DNA of 64,000 nucleotides, from NCBI GenBank assembly GCA_008632985.1, contig QPGO01000003.1, forward strand, positions 434,001 to 498,000, read 5' to 3'. The translations under genes were made by a program, and so were the position numbers. This document shows, piece by piece, positions 53,701 through 63,300 of the stretch; position 1 is the first letter of the stretch, and each line of letters opens with the position of its first letter. The notes below the pieces were generated by a model. The model did not search any database and was not told where the DNA came from. It saw nothing but the letters and a program-made list of their open reading frames with translations. Source of the DNA: Psammoneis japonica (lineage: Eukaryota).

Positions 53701-54545
53701 GATGCAACTGCGGCAAGGCACGATGAGTGCTTACTTCTGACAAGGCACCATTGGTTTCTTCCAACTCAGATCCTGGATCTGAGACATCGGTGTGAGAAGT
53801 GACACCTAATTCGGCAAAAGTATAGTCAAATGGGTGAGTTCGTGCAAATGAAGTCGTGCTGTGATGGGTGAGAGGTCATCGCAATGGCACTTCGCATCTC
53901 TTTCCGCAACACGCCCATCCCCGGATTCCATTGTCCGCCATTGCATCCATTACACACCTGTTGCCCTGCATGCGGTGAGCACGAGACCGAGAATAGCTGC
54001 TTCTCTTAGTATGATTTTCATCCTTTCGTTCAGTACCTTGTGTCAAGTTTTGCTTCTTGTGAACGTCGCATCCTGAATCCCGATATCGCTCCAAAAATCG
54101 CTCCGTGACTAACTGTGACTGTTCATTTCGGTGTGTGATCTGAATCACGTCGTCTAAACGTGAGGTACCATTCAAGTTGAGCTTTGTTTAACATTCAGAA
54201 GAAAGCTCTTTATTGGAGGATTGTAGTATAGTGCCGGTATTTAAATGGAGAAACAAGTTTTTTCCTATCAATGTCTTTTGTTAAATAATGCGCAGTACTT
54301 TCAATATAAAAAACGGAGAATTCATTATTGTAGTCCCAAATCCAAATTTGTTAAATAATCTGATAAATGTTCCAATCTGTTAAATAAAGTCGTCGAAGCA
54401 GTTGTCTTGACACGTCAACAGTGTCAGCAAAATAACTTAAAAAATGAGAGATGAAAATCGTTAAAAGTAAAACTCATAAATGTTTGATGAGATCAATCCG
54501 CGTTTTCTGAGTCCCGCGGCAAATGGCACATCCCTCAGCTGGGAG
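50708..54545. repeat. Segmental duplication copy B, paralogous to 43064-45658
   Basis: Same flanks, exons and introns as copy A, with extra internal coding modules. Confidence 0.9.
51031..54021 (-). CDS. Secreted Cys-rich GACC-repeat protein B with a central bacterial-type beta-propeller-like repeat domain
   Basis: Exons 54021-53958, 53805-53735, 53611-53546 and 53445-51031 splice in frame: signal peptide MKIILREAAILGLVLTACRATG, RKL, about 10 G(A/G)CC modules, and about 6 repeats of the type VG.Y.SL.LD..GNP.IAY.D..N..LK.A.C. Confidence 0.82.
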
Positions 54546-54676
54546 CCGAATGCACGACGAACCGAAACAAGGCGAGACGCTCACTGGCAAGCAACAGCAG
54601 CAAAAATTCAAGACCTTGTTTTGCTGTTAATTGATGGCTTCTTAATGGCAGCAGAGTGAGGTTGAGTTGAGTTCCC

Positions 54677-54972
54677 GGCATTGCAAGAGAGACTCGGGCG
54701 TGTTGAAAAAAAGACGTTTGGCTCCTCCTGACATGGCCTGAAGAATGGCTCTCTGTGTGGAAGATCTCACTGTCATCAGATGCTTGTCTTTGACTTTCAT
54801 TTCACTTTTTGGAGTGAATCATTTGGTTTTTCATTTGGCATCAGCAGGCATGTGTCATTGTGCAAGTTTGCGGTTTGCGCCCGAGCCAGTGCAGGCTGCC
54901 AAGGCAAGTGTGGCGAGCATCGCAGAAGGCCCTGCAGAGCCCCCTTTTGATGACATTGACCTGTTGATTCAA
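54677..54972 (+). repeat. 5' LTR (left boundary approximate)
   Basis: Aligns with 59152-59468 (ggcattgcaaga...ctgacatgg.ctgaagaatg.ctctctgtgtgga.gatctcac...catttggcatcagcagg...tgacattgac). Confidence 0.75.
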
Positions 54973-56532
54973 TGCTCACTCCAAAGAGTCCTTTCTGCTG
55001 TGTTTGCATGGAAGAGACCAAGGTGTGGCAAAGGCAACAAGGGTTGCAGGTTTTCAGCTGGAAAAAGAACGCGTGCACTGGCAAGAAGCCACTCGAGGAT
55101 GCCAAGGAAAGAACAACCTGATGTGTGCAAAAGGAGCATGATGGCCAGGGCACACACTTGGCAAGGTCTCTGCAAGACATGCATCAAGTGTGAGGGTTTT
55201 GACTCCAAGAAGCCCACCTTGTTGGCAACATCAGAAAAAGGTGGCACCTGCTGCCTCAACAGCTCTGATGGAGCTGCAGGAAAAAGAACACAAAGACAAG
55301 CAGCTGGGGTGCGAGCATGAAGTGGAGCATCATGAGCACTGTGACAAGGTGAGGAAGTTCACAAAAACAAGGCTGCCACATTTGCCAGGATCTTGGGTGG
55401 CTGCTGCACCAAGCAAATGAAACAGAGAGTCCAAGCTGATCTCCCAGTTCTTTCTCCAGCATCAGGGGTGACCCAACCAAGCTGTTGCTGAAACTGATCC
55501 ATCCACTCACCCACACTCAATGAAAGGTTGACACCCACTCCACACACTTCCTTGCACGGACATTGTGTGGGAGAGCACCGCCAAAAACAGCTGTCATCAG
55601 TCTGTCCACTGATCTGCACGTGAATGTCAACTTTTCAGGAAATCAATTGAATGCTGTCTGGTCAATGGTGTTTTGATTCACACATCAGTGAAGGCCAGTG
55701 CCATTGATCAGATGGCATTTCAACTCAGCCCTCAAAAAGCCGTTGGCTCCAACCACTCTCTTGCATGACATTGTGCACATTTCTGCATGATTTTGTGTTT
55801 TTCCTTGTGCAAAATGTTGATTGTGACTGATGCAACACTTTTGAATGACTCCCAGCAGAAGCTGCATGGCATGGGCTGCAACTGGTCAATGAGAAACCAG
55901 AAATGAGCATGAGCCAAGCCAACATGGACACCAAGAGTGATGAGATCATCCTCCACAATGGCCATGCCCTTGGCATGATGGTGGCAACCCAGAGACCAGT
56001 GCACATTGTGTGACCAGCCAAGATCAAGATTGGTCCACCCATGGATGTGCCAGATGAAGACTGCACCATGCCCAGATGGGGTGACATGAAGCTTGGAATG
56101 GAGAGTGCAATGGCAAGTGGCAAGTGCCCTCAGTGTGAGTGGCAGGCAAGTCATGGCTGCCAGACAGAAAGACTGGCAAACAAGTCACGGTGTTCAGAGG
56201 AAACAAACTCAAGCTGTGTGCCTCTTTGCACCAAGCCAGAGATTCTTCAACCATGCAAAAGAGCTCTAAGACAGCAACTGAGTGTGCAGTCAGGCTGTGC
56301 TGCCAGGCTGGTGCACCCAGTGTGAGGGATTTAAAGCAACTCTTGTGTTCAAACCAGGTGAAGAACTTGTCTGTTGCACCTGAAGATGTGGACAGAATGG
56401 CGGACATTTGGGGTTCACTGATGGATGTGTTGAAGGGCAAGACCAACTGTGCACATCATTCTCACAAGGTGGAGTGACACCACAGCCACCCCACCTGAGA
56501 CATGCAATGTGCCGATTCTGTTCATTCGTTCA

Positions 56533-56563
<31 letters not shown>

Positions 56564-57752
56564 TGTGGTCCTCTCTGTGTTGACATCATGCAAGTGTGTG
56601 GAGCAAAGATGCTGCACATGACAGATGAGACAATCAAGCACCAAGTGAGTGTGAGGCTGAAGTCCAAGAAGCACATCAATGCACCTGACTCACAATGCTG
56701 CATTGTTCAAGATTGAATTTGTTGAATGCAACCCCAAGTTCAAGGCCATGCTGACAGAATTGGCTGGTGGTGTGAACCCAGAGCTGTTGCCCATGAATGC
56801 CAGCAATCATGTTCCTGCAGCAGAGTGGAGCATTGAGACTGTTAAAGAGCAAACTCAGGCCACCACACACCACCCACCATGCAAGATGATGCCCAAGTTC
56901 ATGTGCAAGCATGCTGTGATTAAAAACACTTTTGTGTTGAATGTGTGCTCACACACAAGGAGAGGATCTCCAATGCCTGCAATCCGCACACTGTTGTGCA
57001 ACAAAGGAAACCTCAACTGTGGCAAGCAATTCAAGTTTGACTTCAGGAAGTTTGTCCTGTCTCATGTTGAGAACCACTCCACAAACACAATGGGCACACC
57101 ACATGGGATTGAAAGCATGCGTCTGTGGACATGCTTCAAATCACCCAAGGACAGTTGCTGCGCTGTGAACCTGAACATGGGGAAGCTTCTGAACTCCCAC
57201 AAGTCTGCTGCAGTGCCCCTGACTGACATGCACATCCAAGTGGTCAAGAAGAGGGCCAGTGCCCAAGGCATCTAGAAAGATTTTGAATTCATGGGGAAAT
57301 GCAGAGACAACCTGCATGATTCTGATTGGACCGCAGGAGTGGATGATGACAAAAGTGATGAAAAAGATGAAAACGAACACAAAGAAAATGGAGATGATGC
57401 CATGAATGTTGTCACAGATGACGAGTCAGAAGATGAAGACTGTGAAGATGAAGTGGGCTCAAATGAAGAGTGCAAAGAAGCAAGCAACATCCCAGCCAAT
57501 GGAACACATGATCTTGGCCAACACCATCATGAGAGCTGTGCAATGACCACAATTCTGTGGACTGGGTTGTTCATGGAATGCCAGAGGGGCATCTCATCAA
57601 CAAGAACATCCTGTGCCAGGACAACAAGAGCACCATGCCCTCAGAGACCAACAGGTGCAGGAGTGCTGGCAAGTGCTCCAGAGCACTCAATGTTTGGCAT
57701 TTCTCAGTTGCTGACCAAGTTGAGAAGGGCAGCCTGAGAGTGCAGCACCACC

Positions 57753-58020
57753 TTCATCGTGGGACCCCCCACAAATGCAGAGGGGAGCTCTCCTGCAGAG
57801 GTCTGCACAAAATTTTGCATGTGGTGCTGAAACATGCAGCCTGCATGCACAAAACAGGCTCTGTTTCTGTGCATGACAAAAATTCAAAAAATTCCCAGTT
57901 TGTGAGACAAATCTGGTGCAAAACCTGCACAAACAGTTCCCATGCATTCACACAGAACTCTGCACATTTCTGGGTTGCTGGGTTGCGGGTCCCTCTGCAT
58001 TTGTGGGGTCCCATGTTGAA
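57753..58020. mobile_element. MITE-like element inserted in the copia RNase H region
   Basis: Terminal inverted repeats ttcatcgtgggaccccccacaaatgcagaggg and ccctctgcatttgtggggtcccatgttgaa; the insert interrupts the RNase H motif between VQH and NNVLGDFMTK. Confidence 0.8.
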
Positions 58021-59128
58021 CCTGGCCAACAATGTGCTTGGAGACTTCATGACCAAGCTGCTGGTGCAGGGCAAGAAGTTTTGAAAGTTTGAACAAGCCG
58101 CTGTTGTGGGCTGCTGGGTTCAAGCATGACAGGAGTGTGCCCCACTGTCTGCAATGTCAGATGACAACTTCAACACATGTGGGTGAAGATCCCTGCAATC
58201 TGGAAGATGAGTTGAACCTGGGAGTTCAGCCAATCACAATTTGTGGCATCAGAAGTGCCACAATCCCAGAGCAGTTGTCAGCCATGAATGACGTCCCCAC
58301 AACAAGGGTGGGCTTTGCAGTGAGGCCAAGGAATCATCTGATGTGACTGCACAGTGGTGGCCATGGGACCATTGGGGCAAGACCATGCTGCTGAAGGAAT
58401 GAATCTTGAGTCTGTCATGGAAGTGGCAGGGAATGGTGCCAACATGCCATGCCCATTGAGCGCAGAGGTGTTTGCCCGTTGAGTGCAGAGATGTTGAGGA
58501 AACAGCTTCAGAGCATGCATTTCGGCAGTCATGCAATGGCTCAATGGCAGAAAGAGTCAGGTGGTGTGGTCAACCCACACATCTGCTGTGGTGTTTTGGG
58601 TTTGCACCAGATGGTGCTTGATGTTGAGGTCAGAAGAGAGAGCAGTGAATTTGGGTGCTGGCGCCATGAGGTTCAGCCTGTCTCACTGGAACAGCGCGCA
58701 CTTTCTTGGATGAAAAGGTGCTGGCTTGTGCTGGGTGTGCACGAGTGTGCCAAGCAACATGTGTCCGCTGCTGCAACAACGTTTTCCCTGCACAACAATG
58801 AAGGTGCATCACTCAGCACTGGACTGCAAGGTGAGGAAACTCACCTGGCCAAGGAATGCTGGCAAGTTGCTGGGTGCTGCACCAGGACACAAGGCAAGTT
58901 GTGCAATCGCGGCATCCAAGAACACAACGACGCTGGCCATCTGTCAATGACAGGCACATCACCAGGTCTGGGGGGCTGAGCTGGAGTTGACCCTGGACAG
59001 ACAAGACATTGGTTGGTTGAGGGCCAATCATCCCAAAGATGAAAGAAGCCATTGCAGGCTGCCAGAGGGGAGTGCTTGCCAGTGCTGTCATTCCTGACTT
59101 TTGAAAACATTGATGTGAGTTGCAGGAG

Positions 59129-59468
59129 TGTGCGGGAGCATCCAGATCTGGGGCATTGCAAGAAGAGACGTGGGTGTCTTGAAGAAAAGACATTTGGCTC
59201 CTGACATGGTCTGAAGAATGACTCTCTGTGTGGAGGATCTCACCATCATCTTGTTTGCTTTTGGGCTTTCATCTCACTCTTTGGAATGAATCATTTGGTT
59301 TGTCATTTGGCATCAGCAGGTTCACCCTGCTGTTTTGCAAGTTTGTGGTTTGCCAAGATGCCTGTGCAACCCACAACCAACACAGACTGCCAAGGCAAGC
59401 ATGACAAGCATCACAGGAAGCTCAACAGGACTTCCTTTTGGTCGTGACATTGACTTGCTGGTTCAACA
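59129..59468 (+). repeat. 3' LTR
   Basis: Follows the caggagtg PPT-like motif, ends in ...ttcaaCA, and is a direct repeat of 54677-54972. Confidence 0.75.
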
Positions 59469-59571
59469 GCTCCGCAGCATGCCAACACAGTGCAGTGCTG
59501 CATGTGGCATGTGACAGGATTTAAACAAGATTGACCAACTCGATTAAATCCGACCCATCAACCTGAAAAAT

Positions 59572-59635
59572 TGCGATGCCCAGGAATCGAACCTAGGTCC
59601 TCTAATGACCGGTTACCGACTAAACCATTTACCGC
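59572..59635 (-). pseudogene. tRNA-like Pol III element (tRNA-Gly-like ends, shortened anticodon arm)
   Basis: Minus strand reads GCGGTAAATGGTTTAGTCGGTAACCGGTCATTAGAGGACCTAGGTTCGATTCCTGGGCATCGCA then ATTTTT. It has an A box (TGGTTTAGTCGG), a B box (GGTTCGATTCC), a T stem and a partial acceptor stem, but is only 64 nt. Confidence 0.65.
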
Positions 59636-60174
59636 GTTCTTCAAACTGACAGGCTTTTTGCACATGGTCACACATGTTTCAGCCAGAGAGTGACACACAC
59701 CTTTAATTCTTCTTGGAATTCTGTCACTCCCCATGTGTCACGAAGCTGTCTGACGTTCCTTTCTTTGGACAATGACACTTCTCACAGCTCCCCTTCTACC
59801 TGGGCCACATGTTTCTGCACGTGTCATGACCTCCCCGGCGAGCTGACAATTGGGCGGCCATTCCGGCCTCTGCACCCCCAACAAGAGCACCATGTGCATC
59901 GTCGGTCTGTCTCACCGCAGCCTCTCCTCAGTTTTAGAGTCACCTTGAAGGAGCACACACACCTGGGTTCAAATCATCAACGGTCGTCGCGCGCGATGTG
60001 GTTTGCTTTCAAGCCACAAGGCTCACAAGAATGATGACAGCAGCCCGATTGCACCGACTTGCACGTCTTTCGGCTCCTGCAACGGTCTCTGAGCGGAGAC
60101 TCATCTGCCACTTAGACAGCAGCAAGGAGTCATTGTTTGAATTCTTGCCATTTGCCTTCATTTTCTGTCAGATT

Positions 60175-60307
60175 GACGTTTCCATTGGCCACCGGTGAGG
60201 CTGGGACCGCGGGTGCAGGCAGCACCAGCCTGAAGGATGTCAATGTCGCTGTCAATGTCGTAGAACACATCGTCGGACGGTTCCTCGGAGCAGACGTCGT
60301 GTGCGCA
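60175..60307 (-). repeat. 133-bp duplicate of gag segment 63529-63661 fused in frame to the truncated RT
   Basis: CAHDVCS.EPSDDVF.DIDSDIDILQA.AACTRGPSLTG.QWKR occurs twice in the ORF, 3354 bp apart. Confidence 0.93.
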
Positions 60308-63300
60308 TTCGGCGCGGCAGGGGAAGAAGCCTTCAGCTCGCAGGCAGTCGGTGAAGTGCTCGTGCCAGCGGAGACCGGAGCTGCGCAGTCCATGCAGGGC
60401 CTTGTGGATGACAAGGATGTGTCCTTCGAGTTTGCCAAATTCGGGTCCGGCTGCAATGTAAAGCTTCTCCTTGGTGGTGGCTTCAAGGTGGGCATTGCCA
60501 ATGTTGGTGGCCCATGTCTCCAACTCGTTGAGTTCGGCCAGGAAAATCATCAGCCGAAGGCCACGGAGGGAGACTGCTCCGGAGTGGACACTGTCGACAG
60601 GTGCGTCCGTGAGGTGCCCGTCGGCTGCGAGTCGTGCCTTGTGGCAACCGTCGTGTTTCACGTCGCACACTGGGTGCACTCGGATCTTCTTGTGTCCCGC
60701 AGGAGGAGTGGAAGACTCGAAGGGCCCGCAGTCATGGAAGACTTTGCATTCGTCGAGTTGGCCCATCTCGAGATTAGTTGCGTCTCCCCATTTGCGGTTG
60801 CCATTGCGTTCGTCCAGTGACATGGCGTGTTTGTAGTTCCGGGGAACTTCGCATCCACACTTGCAGCGAGGTGCAGTGCGGAAGGAGTGAAGCTTGGCTT
60901 GGCTGGCCATGCGAAATGGCTTCTTTTGGCGCCTCGCGATGGTGCGGAACCGCTTCCAGCCATCCGTGTCGAGGAGTCTGTTCTCTCGTGCATAGATGGC
61001 GCAGGTGACGGGGTTGTCCTTGGCGATGATGGCAAGAGGCTCGGACGTGATCTCCCCACTTTCCCATTCAAGCATGATGTTGTAGCTTGAGCCTTTCCAG
61101 GTTGGGTCGTGAGGCTTCAGAGGTCCTTCGTGTGACACGATGCATCGAAATTTCCAAATGGCAGTGTCTTCGTCTTCTTGCTCAATGTGATTCATGATGT
61201 CATTGTGGGCAAGGACTTCCTCGCATTCGTCGTTGTTGACAGAGCAGACAAACTCAGTGAGCTCGGGATTGCCGTTCACTTTCCATTCGTGGTCTTCAAC
61301 GGCCTTGACGATGCGAGCTCTGTGGTGTTGTCCGTCCTCTTGTGGCTGCATGAGGAAGGTGCGTCCAATGATGTCTTGCAGATCAAAAACTGGCATCTTG
61401 GGTGTCCTGATCTCCCCATCAGGAGAATCGACGGGGTTGTCGTCATGGCGAGATTTGATGATGGGTTCAGGTGGCTCCCCATCAGGAGGATCAAGACGCA
61501 GGTTTCGAATGGCAGGATCGGTGGCAGCGGAGCGGACGTTGGACCGGCAGAGGATCTTCTGAGTCTCGTCAGAGAGAATCTTGAAGGTCATCTGGTGGCC
61601 GACGTGCTCAGCAATGCCAACGAAGCGTCCACGCAACTCACGGGATTCGGACGGCCAATCGGAGTCATCGAGGTGGAAGCACACGGGTTCCCACCAGTGA
61701 AAGCGAAGCAATGGGCTGATGTCCGGGGTGGAGCCAGTGAGAGTCTCGAGGGGCGTGCGCCAGTGGAGACATGGGGATGCTGCATGGTTGAGTGTGAAGC
61801 ACACATGCATGAGCGCCAGCAGCCATGTGTGGGCGGGTGAACCAAAACGATCCATGACAGTGTTCGCCATGCGCTTCACGGTCTGGTGTCGACGCTCGGC
61901 AAAGTTTTGGTGTTGCTGGTGAGGCTCACTTTGCCAGCTGGAGATGAAGAGGGTGCGTAGGATCCCGAGCACTTTGTTGCTGATCTCAACTTGAGCACGG
62001 TCGCTGATGAGTTTGGATGGGGCACCACGCTCACGGATCTGATCCTCGAGTGTGTTGACAAACTCTTTGTCCGTCTTGGTGCCGCAGACGTCAGTGACGG
62101 TAGACTCGGTGCCAACAAACAGTTGGGCGCTGGTGCAACCAGAGTCGATGGCCGGGGTGTCGGCACAAACGGTGTCAGTGGCGACAGGCTTGTTGCGGCG
62201 GTGCACATTAAGGGCGGGGTTGGGGGATTTGCAGGCCTTCCTAAGGTGTGTGCCGGCGGGCATGCGGGCGTGCTGCGTGGTGCAGTCAAAAGTACGATGG
62301 ACCGCATCGGCAGGTGGGAAGCCAAAGTGAGGCCGAAGAGACTCGAAGGGGGGGTCCTTGGGCTGTACAGTGCGCTCCGGGGGCGGAACGTCGTCGCCCT
62401 TGGGGTCAATCGCGTGTAGATGACACTCACAGAACACGTCGTCGTTCGGAATGAGGTGATCATCGAGGGCGGACGCATGATCGGCAGACAAGGAAGCGGA
62501 CATGATGGTCTCGTTGACAACGACACGATGACGGCAGTTGCCGCACTCGTCAAATGGGTTGGCAGTGGGATCGTCCTGCAGGTCAGAGATCGCGTCGTGC
62601 CACTGGTCGTCATCAGTGACAGAGTGATCGAGGACGGAAGGGTCCCATGTGTCATCACCAGTGAGGATGACATGGGGCAGGGTGTCCCATTCGGCGTCAG
62701 TGTAAGGTCGCATGGCAACATGAGGCAGGCCGGCCTTGATGTCAATGGGGATGACACAGCCATCAGGAGTGGCAATGCGTTGCAAGCCGTTGGGCACCTT
62801 GACAGAGCGATCGTTGACATCCTGTTTGTGCCATTTGAGCTGGCCGCAGGAATGGATGGTCTTGCCCTTGCCCGTGCACGCGCATTGATGGAGGATGGCG
62901 ATGACGGGACCACGCTGGGTCTCAATGACGGCACCAGCGGTGACAATGGGGATGTCCACCAATTGATGGTCGTCAATGCCCTGGACGTCGACTTGGCGAG
63001 AGGTGCGTGCAATGACGCGAACGTCGTCGCCAGCAATGCCGCCGTTGGCACCACGATCGACTAGAGCACCAGTGCGTGTGGAGCGATGAGCAGAGGCAGA
63101 GCAAATGACATTGTGGTTGTTGACGCGACGGCAAGTGCGGCCGTCAAGTTCCATGTCATCGGCAGAAGCTGGCGGGGCAGAGTGAGCGGCGGATGGCCCT
63201 GGTCGACCAGCATTGGGGGCTTGGTTGGGAGACAACAGACGTTGCAGATCACCGGGTGGCAGTGGCTTGCACTTGGTGAGGTGCGCCAGGATGGGATCAT

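Larger units (their letters stand above)
54677..59468 (+). mobile_element. Degenerate Ty1/copia LTR retrotransposon, internally deleted (no recognisable RT)
   Basis: Paired direct repeats. GAPSVRDLKQLL..NQVKNLSVAPEDVDRMADIWG....LKGKT (pre-integrase), NASNHVPAAEWSIETVKEQ (integrase), ILCQDNKSTM...AGKCSRALNVWHFSVADQVEKG and GDFMTKL..QGKKF (RNase H). CAGGAGTGTG PPT-like motif at about 58130 and 59123. Confidence 0.85.

Noticed and set aside
53612..53734. Apparent 7-nt frameshift in GACC paralogue B relative to ORF 44556-44825
   Set aside because: It falls within an inferred intron in both paralogues; the four-exon model starting at MKIIL is in frame.
56532..56562. (GA)n plus G run
   Set aside because: Simple microsatellite expansion inside a dead integrase.
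45800..59500. Dense overlapping Cys/His-rich ORFs in all six frames of the TE blocks (also 15700-17600 and 24700-26900)
   Set aside because: Expected by-product of TpA loss, which removes TAA/TAG stops and Tyr codons; not real Cys-rich genes.
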